DNA from: Eledone cirrhosa
Taxonomy: Eukaryota
Direction: 5' to 3'
NCBI GenBank assembly: GCA_964016885.1
Contig: OZ024749.1
Span: forward strand, 8,742,001 to 8,806,000
Length of the DNA stretch: 64,000 nt
This document shows, in pieces, positions 12,201 through 31,582 of this stretch (positions are counted from its first letter, which is position 1; every line of letters starts with the position of its first letter). The position numbers and the translations under genes were made by a program. The notes under the pieces are model-generated. The model saw only the letters and a program-made list of their open reading frames with translations, did not search any database and was not told the origin of the DNA.

Positions 12201-15200
12201 GTGATTCTCTCCTCAGACATTCGAACCACATGTCCATAATATCGGAGCTGTGATCTCTGAATTCAGAGAAGTAGCAGCTCCACCTGGAGTGACTCTCTCA
12301 TCTACGATCTACAAATCTCTGCAGTGATTCTTTCCTCAGACATTCTAAACACATGTCCATAATATCGGAGCTGTGATCTCTGAATTCAGAGAAGTAGCAG
12401 CTCCACCTGGAGTGACTCTCTCATCTACGATCTACAAATCTCTGCAGTGATTCTTTCCTCAGACATTCTAACCACATGTCCATAATATCGGAGCTGTGAT
12501 CCCTGAATTCAGAGAAGTAGCAGCTCTACCTGGAGTGACTCTCTCATCTACGATCTACAAATCTCTGCAGTGATTCTTTCCTCAGACATTCTAACCACAT
12601 GTCCATAATATCGGAGCTGTGATCTCTGAATTCAGAGAAGTAGCAGCTCCACCTGGAGTGACTCTCTCATCTACGATCTACAAATCTCTGCAGTGATTCT
12701 TTCCTCAGACATTCTAACCACATGTCCATAATATCGGAGCTGTGATCTCTGAATTCAGAGAAGTTCAGCTCCACCTGGAGTGACTCTCTCATCTACGATC
12801 TACAAATCTCTGCAGTGATTCTTTCCTCAGACATTCTAACCACATGTCCATAATATCGGAGCTGTGATCTCTGAATTCAGAGAAGTTCAGCTCCACCTGG
12901 AGTGACTCTCTCATCTACGATCTACAAATCTCTGCAGTGATTCTTTCCTCAGACATTCTAACCACATGTCCATAATATCGGAGCTGTGATCTCTGAATTC
13001 AGAGAAGTTCAGCTCCACCTGGAGTGACTCTCTCATCTACGATCTACAAATCTCTGCAGTGATTCTTTCCTCAGACATTCTAACCACATGTCCATAATAT
13101 CGGAGCTGTGATCTCTGAATTCAGAGAAGTTCAGCTCCACCTGGAGTGACTCTCTCATCTACGATCTACAAATCTCTGCAGTGATTCTTTCCTCAGACAT
13201 TCTAAACACATGTCCATAATATCGGAGCTGTGATCTCTGAATTCAGAGAAGTTCAGCTCCACCTGGAGTGACTCTCTCATCTACGATCTACAAATCTCTG
13301 CAGTGATTCTTTCCTCAGACATTCTAACCACATGTCCATAATATCGGAGCTGTGATCTCTGAATTCAGAGAAGTAGCAGCTCCACCTGGAGTAACTCTCT
13401 CATCTACGATCTACAAATCTCTGCAGTGATTCTTTCCTCAGACATTCTAACCACATGTCCATAATATCGGAGCTGTGATCTCTGAATTCAGAGAAGTTCA
13501 GCTCCACCTGGAGTGACTCTCTCATCTTCGATCTACAAATCTCTGCAGTGATTCTTTCCTCAGACATTCTAACCACATGTCCATAATATCGGAGCTGTGA
13601 TCTCTGAATTCAGAGAAGTTCAGCTCCACCTGGAGTGACGCTCTCATCTACGATCTACAAATCTCTGCAGTGATTCTTTCCTCAGACATTCTAACCACAT
13701 GTCCATAATATCGGAGCTGTGATCTCTGAATTCAGAGAAGTAGCAGCTCCACCTGGAGTGACTCTCTCATCTACGATCTACAAATCTCTGCAGTGATTCT
13801 TTCCTCAGACATTCTAACCACATGTCCATAATATCGGAGCTGTGATCTCTGAATTCAGAGAAGTAGCAGCTCCACCTGGAGTGACTCTCTCATCTACGAT
13901 CTACAAATCTCTGCAGTGATTCTTTCCTCAGACATTCTAACCACATGTCCATAATATCGGAGCTGTGATCCCTGAATTCAGAGAAGTAGCAGCTCTACCT
14001 GGAGTGACTCTCTCATCTACGATCTACAAATCTCTGCAGTGATTCTTTCCTCAGACATTCTAACCACATGTCCATAATATCGGAACTGTGATCTCTGAAT
14101 TCAGAGAAGTAGCAGCTCCACCTGGAGTGACTCTCTCATCTACGATCTACAAATCTCTGCAGTGATTCTTTCCTCAGACATTCTAACCACATGTCCATAA
14201 TATCGGAGCTGTGATCTCTGAATTCAGAGAAGTTCAGCTCCACCTGGAGTGACTCTCTCATCTACGATCTACAAATCTCTGCAGTGATTCTTTCCTCAGA
14301 CATTCTAACCACATGTCCATAATATCGGAGCTGTGATCTCTGAATTCAGAGAAGTTCAGCTCCACCTGGAGTGACTCTCTCATCTACGATCTACAAATCT
14401 CTGCAGTGATTCTTTCCTCAGACATTCTAACCACATGTCCATAATATCGGAGCTGTGATCTCTGAATTCAGAGAAGTTCAGCTCCACCTGGAGTGACTCT
14501 CTCATCTACGATCTACAAATCTCTGCAGTGATTCTTTCCTCAGACATTCTAACCACATGTCCATAATATCGGAGCTGTGATCTCTGAATTCAGAGAAGTT
14601 CAGCTCCACCTGGAGTGACTCTCTCATCTACGATCTACAAATCTCTGCAGTGATTCTTTCCTCAGACATTCTAACCACATGTCCATAATATCGGAGCTGT
14701 GATCTCTGAATTCAGAGAAGTTCAGCTCCACCTGGAGTGACTCTCTCATCTACGATCTACAAATCTCTGCAGTGATTCTTTCCTCAGACATTCTAACCAC
14801 ATGTCCATAATATCGGAGCTGTGATCTCTGAATTCAAAGAAGTTCAGCTCCACCTGGAGTGACTCTCTCATCTACGATCTACAAATCTCTGCAGTGATTC
14901 TTTCCTCAGACATTCTAACCACATGTCCATAATATCGGAGCTGTGATCTCTGAATTCAGAGAAGTAGCAGCTCCACCTGGAGTGACTCTCTCATCTACGA
15001 TCTACAAATCTCTGCAGTGATTCTTTCCTCAGACATTCTAACCACATGTCCATAATATCGGAGCTGTGATCTCTGAATTCAGAGAAGTAGCAGCTCCACC
15101 TGGAGTGACTCTCTCATCTACGATCTACAAATCTCTGCAGTGATTCTTTCTTCAGACATTCTAACCACATGTTCATAATATCGGAGCTGTGATCCCTGAA

Positions 15201-15786
15201 TTCAGAGAAGTAGCAGCACCACTTGGAGTGACTCTCTCATCTACGATCTACAAATCTCTGCAGTGATTCTTTCCTCAGACATTCTAACCACAAGTCCATA
15301 ATATCGGAGCTGTGATCTCTGAATTCAGAGAAGTAGCAGCTCCACCTGGAGTGACTCTCTCATCTACGATCTACAAATCTCTGCAGTGATTCTTTCCTCA
15401 GACATTCTAACCACATGTCCATAATATCGGAGCTGTGATCCCTGAATTCAGAGAAGTAGCAGCTCTACCTGGAGTGACTCTCTCATCTACGATCTACAAA
15501 TCTCTGCAGTGATTCTTTCCTCAGACATTCTAACCACATGTCCATAATATCGGAGCTGTGATCTCTGAATTCAGAGAAGTAGCAGCTCCACCTGGAGTGA
15601 CTCTCTCATCTACGATCTACAAATCTCTGCAGTGATTCTTTCCTCAGACATTCTAACCACATGTCCATAATATCGGAGCTGTGATCTCTGAATTCAGAGA
15701 AGTTCAGCTCCACCTGGAGTGACTCTCTCATCTACGATCTACAAATCTCTGCAGTGATTCTTTCCTCAGACATTCTAACCACATGT
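9140..15786. repeat. Satellite array of ~54 x 122/123-bp monomers derived from the RTE LINE
   Basis: Unit gattctttcctcagacattctaaccacatgtccataatatcggagctgtgatctctgaattcagagaagt(ag/t)cagctccacctggagtgactctctcatctacgatctacaaatctctgcagt. Copies are nearly identical. Confidence 0.97.
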
Positions 15787-16029
15787 TTGTTGCATCATGT
15801 AAATAAGAGAATATTTTATAGAAATCATTAAAATAAATGTTGGTTTGTTCGTTCGTTGTTGTTTTTGTTATTCTTTTAATTTAATTTTTCGGGGGTTGAG
15901 GTGTGGGCGGGGGAGAGGTAAATCAGGAAGTTCAACTTTGACCTATCAGCGTTTATTGAACATATTTGGACAAATCGTGACATTAAAAGATGCTGATTGT
16001 CACGATATACGACAGGAAACTGTAGCACT

Positions 16030-16042
16030 AGTATTGGTGGTG

Positions 16043-16106
<64 letters not shown>

Positions 16107-16380
16107 CAGTAGTAGTAGTAATTGTGGTGGTGGTAGTAGTAGTAGTTGTAGTGGTGGTGTTGGTGGTGGTGGTGGTGGCGGTTATGGCGGTCGTAGTAGT
16201 AGTGGTGATTGTGGTGGTAGTAGTGCTGGTGGTGGTTTTGACGGTCGTAGTAGTAGTAGTAGTGATTGTGGTGGTAGTAGTAGTAGTGGTGGTGTGGTGG
16301 TGGTAGTTGTGGCGGTCGTAGTAGTAGTAGTGGCGATTGTGGTGGTCGTAGTGGTGATTGTGGTGGTGGTAGTGGTGATT

Positions 16381-16423
<43 letters not shown>

Positions 16424-16468
16424 AGGTGGTGATGGTGGTGGTGGGGGTGATGGGGGTGTTGGTGGTGG
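16030..16468. repeat. (GTA)n/(GTG)n compound microsatellite
   Basis: Direct inspection. Confidence 0.9.
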
Positions 16469-16479
16469 TATATATTTAT

Positions 16480-16650
16480 ATTAGCCAATCATTATGGACG
16501 CCATGCTTTCTAGGATAGTTAGGTCCCTTTACACTCTGAGTTCAAATCCCGCCAAGGTTAACTTTGCCTTTCATCCTTATGGGGTCGATAAAATAAAGTA
16601 CCAGTAATGTACTGGGTAATTGCTGGTCTTGTGCCAAAAGTAGAAACAAC
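16480..16650 (+). mobile_element. tRNA-derived SINE copy
   Basis: gagttcaaatcccgccaaggttaactttgcctttcatccttatggggtcgataaaataaagtaccag...gtgccaaaagtagaaac. Confidence 0.8.
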
Positions 16651-17127
16651 TATGTAAATTATTGCTAGCTCAACTATCCGTGACCATTCTCAATATGTTA
16701 AACTTCTGTTTACTGCAGAGTAAAAGTATTATACCTGCGAGAAATTACAAAATAACTAGTTTTTTGTTTGTTTGTTTTTTTAATAAAATTAAAAGCAGCT
16801 TTTTCCAAATATTTGACCACATCAAAAGCTCAATTTGTGATCTCTGTAGCGAAGCAAGAGAGTGGGTAGTGAGATCAAACAGGCCGCAATTGTAGATAGA
16901 AAGCGCAGACGATAAAATATTCTCAATGTCAATCGAGTGACAGAACTCTCTGCAATTACATCGAAGCAGGCAAAAATGTGGAAACGTATTCCTGACGTTT
17001 CGTTCTCTGCTGTCAATGAAAATTATTATAAAAGAAAGAAAATTATCTGGAGATTGTCCTACTGTCTTTCCTCTATTCTTGTAATTTCTACAGAATCTTT
17101 TAATTTTCTAGCTTTGTGATTTTATCG

Positions 17128-17190
<63 letters not shown>

Positions 17191-17195
<5 letters not shown>

Positions 17196-18095
17196 AATTA
17201 ATATATCTACCGACATATGTATACAGATGCATACCTATGCTAGCAAATATATATGTTTTGTCTTAGTAACTTTGTGGTTCTATGCAGGGGGATGCAGAAC
17301 AATTATATGAAAGACGTAAATAAGAAAGTTATGAAAATTGACTTACTTACTAAAATTTCACTCCAACTAATTAGTATCTGTAAGGGGATAAATATAGTTA
17401 CGTAATAACTATAAAGAAGCCTTACGTCATCAGAGAGTCTATTCTCAGCTAAGCTTCCAGGCAATGCGGGGACACTGGGAACTTATATAAAAATAATTCA
17501 GTGGATGGAAAAAAGCGAGGAGTGAAATTTTAGTAAGTAAGTCAATTTTCATAACTTTCTTATTTACGTCTTTCATATAATTGTTCTGCATCCCCCTGCA
17601 TAGAACCACAAAGTTACTAAGACAAAACATATATATTTGCTAGCATAGGTATGCATCTGTATACATATGTCGGTAGATATATTAATTCTTTATAATTATC
17701 TCCAAATTATTTGTTGAGCAAAATTGCCGAAATTACTACTGTGACTGATAGTAGTGGCTAGGCTCTGTCTTAATAGCGCCCCCACTCCAAGCTGGTTAAC
17801 CTCAGTGTCACGTGATTGATTCTTTTGAATTTGCCACTTGACCAAGAAGGCAGTGAATTTTTCAATGTCTTGGAATCTTGCCCCGCTCGCTTTTTTCCAT
17901 CCACTGAATAATTTTTATATAAGTTCCCAGTGTCCCCGCATTGCCTGGAAGCTTAGCTGAGAATAGACTTCCTGATGACGTAAGGCTTCTCTATAGTTAT
18001 TACGTAACTATATTTATCCCCTTACAGAAACTAATTAGTTGGAGTGAAATTTTAGTAAGTAAGTCAATTTTCATAACTTTCTTATTTACGTCTTT

Positions 18096-18096
<1 letters not shown>
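17191..18096 (+). mobile_element. Non-coding, hammerhead-containing element (retrozyme-like or non-autonomous PLE) with an inverted partial copy, in (TA)n
   Basis: 17191-17364 is the reverse complement of 17519-17692. About 17310-17519 is the reverse complement of 17886-18096. 17519-17574 is directly repeated at 18041-18096. (TA)n lies on both sides. Confidence 0.8.
17967..18045 (+). ncRNA. Type I hammerhead ribozyme motif (mutated inverted copy at 17360-17438)
   Basis: acttc-CTGATGA-c-gtaagg..[tatagtta/taactata]..ccttac-a-GAAA-ctaattag(palindrome)-TT/ggagt. Confidence 0.75.
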
Positions 18097-18162
<66 letters not shown>

Positions 18163-18166
<4 letters not shown>

Positions 18167-20130
18167 ATAAAGATACTAATTATAGTTATGTATATAGTAT
18201 ACTATAAATAACTATAAACAGGAAAGGTCAGTAATTTATTACTACCTTATTACCAGTAAGAGAAATAGCTCAATGTAAGAACATCAGGTGTTTTACAGAG
18301 CAGCAATATAAAATACACAAGTATCAAAGTTATGTTCAAATCATTTAATCGCTGTTTCTTCCAAACTTTAGTTTGGAGTCATCGGAGCATTATCAATGTT
18401 TGTACATATAATTAACCTCCTATTCAACTGAAGAATCATATAGATACATATATATTGATGTTGTGAACAACAGTTTAGTATATACAGGGTGTAATGGATG
18501 CGACATATATTATACGAGAACTGTACAATAACTCAAATTAAGCTTAAAATTAAAATTAAAATTAAAATTAAAATTAAAAGCACAGAGTGGAATATATGCG
18601 ATAGATAATACAAGAGAATAGTCTAATAATTAAAGAGGCATTGAGGAAGCGTGTAGAGATTGTACAAGCGTTAGTCATATATATGGGAAGGAAACAGGCA
18701 AATGTATTAGGCATATATGAGTACTGTATGGCAAAGTATTACATAAAATACAAGCACTTTAAGCGAATATGTTAGTGTATTATGCAGGATGTAATGCGAG
18801 GATAGTTTCTATATAGTTCAAATATGTATGTGTGTAGAATATGAGAGTTACAGATTTCCCATCCATTACATATGTTAAGTTATATTTTAGTTAATGTTTG
18901 TATTGAATGTTTTTAGTTAGTTATAGTAATGGATTGTAACTTGGTCTTATTGTATTCATATTCATAGATTAGAGTTGTTCTACAACGAGATTTTTCAACG
19001 GTTTAATATCCGGAAGTGGATATTGAATTAAGGGGAGCTAATGCGTAAGGGGAGGTAACTAGCTCATTATAATATTAAAATTCTTTGCTCTAATAGACAT
19101 TATATAGTGCTACAATTGAATCCCTTATACAAAATGTTATATATTTATATTTAATTTTAAATATAGTCTACTCGCTCATAATATATTAAATGTTTCATTA
19201 GATTGTTATCTACCCAATATTAGGCAAGATATGGAATAATGTATAGCTGTTTACATGTTAAATTAGATAAATCTCTTATGTTAATAAATTAATCCTTTAT
19301 ATGCAATGTTATTAATGTATACATTTAATTATAAATGTATATATAATTCATTGTCACATATTACATTTAATTTCTATACATATTATATTATATTTCAATT
19401 ACTGTATATATTATAAGTAATCTAAAGTATTTATATTATAAGGTGGTGACTAGATGTTTATTTCTAGAGTATAATGTTAGAGATAAATAGGATTTGTGTA
19501 GAGGAAAGAGAAGATCAAAGAGTGCGATGCTGTGGGGGAAGAAAAGGCTTAGAGGTGAAGTGTCAATGGTGGTGATGAATTCAAATCTGACATTGTTATA
19601 TACTAGCGGCTAGGTTTAAAGCTATCGAATGAGTGTCGGGAGTGGTGTTGGCACGAGGAAAATATCTCTGACATTTTATTTAGGAGGTTTAGTTTCGAAA
19701 AGATTATAGTATGGGTCTCTAGAAGACAGAGGTTACACAATTTATTCGGTGGTTTATACGATGCAGCCCTACCTACTACTTCCCATTGAAGTGTATGTGT
19801 TCTATTCCTAGTTTTAAGAGAATGTATGTAGCTAGATAGTGAAGTGGAGTTGGCTAGATTGTGTTTTTTGAAAGAGTGGAGGTGCGAGTTGTATCTCGTC
19901 TTGAAGCAGTTCGAAGTAGAGCCAATATATGTTTTAGAAGAGTTTGTGTTGACCGTGCAGAAGTAAATGATGTCTTTGATTAAGCAATTATTACTTAATG
20001 GGCAAGTTCTATTTGATCTACAGTTACATTTATTTTGGATGTTATCTTGCCGGTTATTATGTTGTGTAGAAGTCTGGTTGTTATGGATAGCATTAGGTTA
20101 ATGGTGGTTGTCGTTCCTGAAACCGGTACA
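18163..20130 (-). mobile_element. 5'-truncated Penelope-like element (second family), ending at (TA)n
   Basis: GIY-YIG remnant at 19603-20097, a long AT-rich 3' region, and a hammerhead remnant at 18351-18388. The terminus recurs at about 35190-35530. Confidence 0.8.
19603..20097 (-). pseudogene. GIY-YIG endonuclease domain of a PLE (absent from the ORF track)
   Basis: KCNCRSNRTCPLSNNCLIKDIIYFCTV...KTYIGSTSNCFKTRYNSHLHSF...STSLSSYIHSLK...LQWEVVGRAASY...CNLCLLETHTI..LL, frameshift, NKMSEIFSSCQH. Confidence 0.88.
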
Positions 20131-20232
20131 ATTAAATCGGAAATTCCTATTTTATAAATAAATGTTTTGATTTTATTCTGAGAAAAAATCCCTTTAGCAT
20201 TTTCTACTGTTTTCTTTTGTTTTCTTTTTTAC

Positions 20233-20301
<69 letters not shown>

Positions 20302-20354
20302 GTATATATATATATATATTGGAAAATGTGTGAGATCCTTGGTACAGTTAGGTC

Positions 20355-20977
<623 letters not shown>

Positions 20978-21785
20978 ACGTGTCCGAAAACATGTATACA
21001 CACTTCAACAGCATTCTAATTAAAGTGGGTATACATTTTGGGAAAACCCCGGTATATATGTTCATGTACGCTCATATATATACACACACACATATATATA
21101 AGAGAATGAGGAATTGCGAAATTCGATTATAAATACAGAAAATAATGCAGTCACTAGGTGACTTACCAAGATACTGATCATGGAATCAGCCACAACGGTT
21201 TTATACCAAATAACTTAAACATCAAAATGAAAAATAATATAAACTGAGAGAAAAGTATATCCTTCAGGGGTAATAAAAGATTGGAATAACACTTGGATAA
21301 AACCAAATGACAGCGAAGTTAAAAAAAATATATAACAAATAAAAAGTTTAAAAAAAAGATACGAAACATGTTAGCAGGTTTTAGAAGGATGTGGTTAGAA
21401 GCGGTCAGTTTCAATTACAACTGATTGGTCAAGTGTTCTAGTTCATTTCGTCCAGTCTTGGCATAATATGTTCGTCCTTTGATTTTGTCAAACAAGTGGT
21501 TTATTTATGGTACTGTTGAAAACGGTGATAGACAGATAAGAAGACAAGGTGTGTGTTAGATAAAGCTACTTAATGTTCTTAATGTTCTTTATGACGCCAT
21601 AGTTTCAAGAATTAGACGTCTGGGAGATGTAAAATATTTGTTTATATATAAACTGGGGGGATGGTGGATCGAATCACGTCTCCTGCGGTTTGTAGTTTAT
21701 GAACGTGTTAGCACATTTATGCCGACAAAATATTGTGCGCTCTATCTTGCTATCTAATAAGTTATTATTACAATATATATATATG

Positions 21786-21816
<31 letters not shown>

Positions 21817-21857
21817 AGGTATGTGTTCATACCTACATTAACACAATTATTTATAAA

Positions 21858-21938
<81 letters not shown>

Positions 21939-22861
21939 TTTAGGAAACAAATAAGTTAAAGAAATATTTACTTATTTACTCAGTGTCGCTTCTGTAGTTT
22001 TATTAAGTAAAATCAGCATGGGCTGTGAAAACACACACACACACACATATATATATGTATATATATATATGAAAAAGTTTGTCCTTCATCACTGGCCTTC
22101 CAACCGTCGTAGGCATTTCGTCGCTTTAAAGGCCATATACCTCAGGTTGGTGCGAGCAACGGCTAAAAAAAGTCGTTGGGACACGTAAATAAAGGGGACG
22201 CTAGGGTAAACAAACAAAATGGTTTAAGCAACAGAAAGTGATGAAGAAGAAAGAAACAAGTCCCAGATTTCTATGAATATAAATTCGGTGGAATCGTGAA
22301 CGGGAGAATAAAGACCATCAAACCTGGTTGAAATGTGAGCAAGGAAGGAATTTCGCACAGGTCTAACGGGAGGAAGAAGGGGTCTGGTCTGCGAATTCGG
22401 TAAACATAAGTTCTGTGAAGTCGCAGACGAGAGAGAGAGAAAAAAATTCATACCGGCTTGCCCAAGTGCCCGCAAGAAAAGGATTACGGACAGGTCAAAC
22501 GGGAAGAAAGGGGAGGAGGAGAGGTAGTGACAGAGAGTGAGTGAGTGAAAGGTGAGGAAGAGGCTAACAGAGAGCGAGAGACTGCTAGAAAGGGCAAAGA
22601 TACAAAGAACGAAACAGACTGGTGGCAGCATATATATATATATATATATGATAACTACTAAAAAGTTATCGCTCTACATGGCTGAGCACAATAACTGTAA
22701 CCTGAGTTTTTCGAAAATTGATAATAATATTCGATGCGTTTACAATTATGCAAACAAGCCTCTTTTATATGCCAACGCAAGAGCAAAAACGAGGGATTCA
22801 TTCTAATTCTAATGCCATGGCTTAAAAGAGGCTGTTTATATATATATATATATATATATAC

Positions 22862-22896
<35 letters not shown>

Positions 22897-22994
22897 GTTT
22901 GAATATGTGTAATAAGGCCAAAACAATGCAGTTATGGACATAGAAAAACGTTTATACCTCATTACACAATGCTTCAAGTGAACTATAACCTCCT

Positions 22995-23058
<64 letters not shown>

Positions 23059-23062
<4 letters not shown>

Positions 23063-23531
23063 GTTGTTAAACAATATTCGATGATTATGTCAAAGGATGA
23101 GATTTACAGTAGATTGGAAGCACTCAACGGCCAAAAATAATTTTCAGGAGTTATTAATATTAAAATATAAGTATTAATAAAATAGATGCTATTTTGATCA
23201 ATTACATTTTATTATACATATTTCGGATGTACAACAGTACGTCCTCATCAGACAAAATATAATAATACATGACATACCCTGGTTAAGATTTAATCTTAAC
23301 CATTTAACATCTCAAGGTATGTCATGTATCATTATATTTTGTCTGATGAGGACGTACTGTTGTACATCCGAAATATGTATAATAAAATGTAATTGATCAA
23401 AAGAACATCTATTTTATTAATACTCATATTTTAATATTAATAACTCTGGAAAATTATTTTACGTTGAGTGCTTCCAATCTACTGTAAAACTCCTTCTTTG
23501 ACATAATCATCGAATATTGTTTAACAACTTA
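23059..23531. mobile_element. Fold-back insertion (~220-bp arms) in (TA)n with a hammerhead in each arm
   Basis: The arms are reverse complements with several differences. HHR at 23331-23393 (+) and 23201-23263 (-). Confidence 0.85.
23331..23393 (+). ncRNA. Type I hammerhead ribozyme motif
   Basis: attatattttgt-CTGATGA-ggacgtac(tgtt)gtacatcc-GAAA-tatgta-TA/ataaaatgtaat; 12-bp stem I including G-U pairs. Confidence 0.8.
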
Positions 23532-23554
23532 ATACTTATATATATATATATATG

Positions 23555-24245
<691 letters not shown>

Positions 24246-24279
24246 AAAAAACTCGCAAAACTAATTCATCGCCGCTATA

Positions 24280-24356
<77 letters not shown>

Positions 24357-24684
24357 TATAAAGTAAAGCATATAAAGGTCTCGGTGAAAGCATGTCCTTT
24401 TACAAAATACAAAAATAGAGTAATGGCAAGTAGCTGTAAAATCAGTCAATGGGTGAGGGTAATAGTTTAGAAAATGGAGTAATATACTCCTATTATATCA
24501 CAGTCCATAGCTATATTCTGCCCGACTTCCACGATATGTCCATGTAACCTATATTGCTGTAGTATATATCAGTCTCGGCTGTCGGAATAGATTCTTCTAT
24601 ATGAAAATAATTTAACAGTGTATATGTCCGACACCATTTTCCCAGCAATATGGAAACATAATTGAAATGGCTATTAAAGATACG

Positions 24685-28574
<3,890 letters not shown>

Positions 28575-29892
28575 TTTGTCGTAGACGGAAAAAGAATACA
28601 AGTGTGTGTGTGTCTGTGTGTCTGTCTATGTTTGGGTTGGGTTAATGTGTGTTTTGGACCTCCATCGTTTGCAACGATGAGTGTTCAATGTCCTTTATAA
28701 ATTAATGTGAAAATTACTGACAATTCTGACGTCGCATGTAAACTTCTCAATCTGTATCTTTAAAATACGATTAATTTTAGCCAGCTCAGTGTCCTGGTGC
28801 AACATAAAATGAAGTGTCATGCTCAAGGACACAATTCCTCACCAGCAATCGAACTTTTGATCAACGTGAGTTGAACACTAACAACCAAGGCCTTCTGTAA
28901 TGGCCTTCTGTAATGGCGTGGAATTACGCAAAAAATAGATGTATAGCTTAAATCATGATAGATATTTCTAGTCAATTCTTGAAAGTACGTTAGAAGATTT
29001 AAAAAACCATGTATTGTACGATAATTGGGTATGGTATTTTGTATGAAGGTTTTAAAATGATTAACTATGTTGATTATATCACGTTTTAAATAGCTTGTGG
29101 TGAAGACATGATGTGACATTCATGTTGTGGTTAACTTTAGTGAATTTTGTGGTAGAAATGATGTTGATGGTTGTGTTGATGATGATGATAGGGATGGTGT
29201 GGTGTTGTTGATCGTGATGATGGGGATGGTGTGGGGTTGATCGTGATGATTGTGATGATAGTGGACGTTATAATTGTGGTAATAAGAGTGATGATAGTGA
29301 TGAAAATGGTTATTTTGATGCTAGAGATGATCGGACAGTGTTGATGGTGGTAATGATGTTTGTGTGTCGTTGATAGTCGGGATGGTGATGATAGTGATGT
29401 CGGTGATGTTGGTATTGGCGTTAGTGTTGGTGTCAGTGACGGTTTCGGTGGCAATCATGGTAATGGTGATGGTGGTGTTGTTAGTGGCTGAGGTGGTGGT
29501 AAACATAGGGATGATGGTGGTGATGGTGATAGTGATATTGGTGATGTAGGTGATGCCAGTGGAAGAGGTGGTGGTAATGATGGCGATGGTAATGGTGGTG
29601 GTGGTGCCAGTGAAAGAGGTGGTGGTAATGTGGCGATGGTAATAGTGGTGGTGGTGCTAGTGGATGAGGTGGTGGTAATGCTAGAAGTCCATTTTTTTTT
29701 CTTAGCCTATCATCCATTAAGTTGTTTATTTAGCCAAATATTTCGTTTCTTTAGATATTAACTGAATTCTATATCCTACTAGTATTACCCATACACACAC
29801 ACACATATAGACACACACACACACATACGCACGCAGACACACACACATACACACACACACATATAGACACACACACACACATACGCACACAT

Positions 29893-29934
<42 letters not shown>

Positions 29935-30418
29935 ACACACACACACACACACATATACACAGGCAAACGCAAACACACACCATACACATTTATATGTGAA
30001 TGTTTGTACATATATATATATATATATATGTATCACATATATTTTATGGAGGTATATTATTATTATTAATAATAATAAAAATAATAACAACAATGGTAAT
30101 ATTAATGGCAACAACAACAACAACAACAATATTGATTGCTATTATTATTATTATTATTATTATTACTATTTTATTTTTATGACCGTTTTCGTTTTATTTG
30201 TATATTATATACACACACTCACACACACACACATAATATACATACATATTTACATTTACATCTATGTGTGTGTATGAGAGTGCGTATTTTTGTGCATCTA
30301 TATATATGTATGTATATATATATATACCTATATACTTTTTGTGGTATATATATACATATATATATATTTGTTTGAGTGTGTGCGTGCGTGTATGTGTGTG
30401 TGTGTTTGCATCTATCCA

Positions 30419-30455
<37 letters not shown>

Positions 30456-30484
30456 ATATGCCTTTTGTGGTACATATTTATATA

Positions 30485-30558
<74 letters not shown>

Positions 30559-30565
30559 TATGTGT

Positions 30566-30735
<170 letters not shown>

Positions 30736-31134
30736 TTGTTTACTTACGTTTTTGTGTGTGGTTGAGAAGAACGAATGGTCTCTCGGTTAATTTTTCCACC
30801 TCCCTTTCAGCCGTTGATGAATATATAGAGTTATATAAAAAAAATGAATAGCTTTCAGCAGCAACCATTGAGGACGGCGATGGGGCGAGAGGTAGGGAAG
30901 AATTGGTTTAGATATGAGCAATATTGTCTACAAATATATTCCCTTAGGCCTACTATAAACTATATACTATATACTATAGAGTATATAGTATATAGTTTAT
31001 AGTATGGAGTCTATATTTTATATTCATTTACTTCTGTAAGTGTGTGTGTGTGTGTGGACATTTCATATTTATACACATGCACGCATATATATATAAATAT
31101 ATATATATATATAAATATATAAATATATATGTAA

Positions 31135-31210
<76 letters not shown>

Positions 31211-31229
31211 AAATATATAAATACATATA

Positions 31230-31341
<112 letters not shown>

Positions 31342-31446
31342 GGTGTGTGTAAATATATAAATATATATATTTATATATATGTAAATATATAAATATATAT
31401 ATATATATTTATATATATGTAAATATATAAATATATATATATGTAA

Positions 31447-31529
<83 letters not shown>

Positions 31530-31582
31530 TATATATATACATATATTTATATAAAAATAAATATATATATATATATATATAA

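Noticed and set aside
9140-15786. CRISPR-like array, or tandem ribozyme array (CTGAGGA on the minus strand)
   Set aside because: There are no unique spacers. CTGAGGA is part of the LINE codons for MSEER and has no stem II/GAAA/UH arrangement.
22080-22631. 135-aa ORF, possibly the 5' region of a transposon
   Set aside because: No motif I could recognise.
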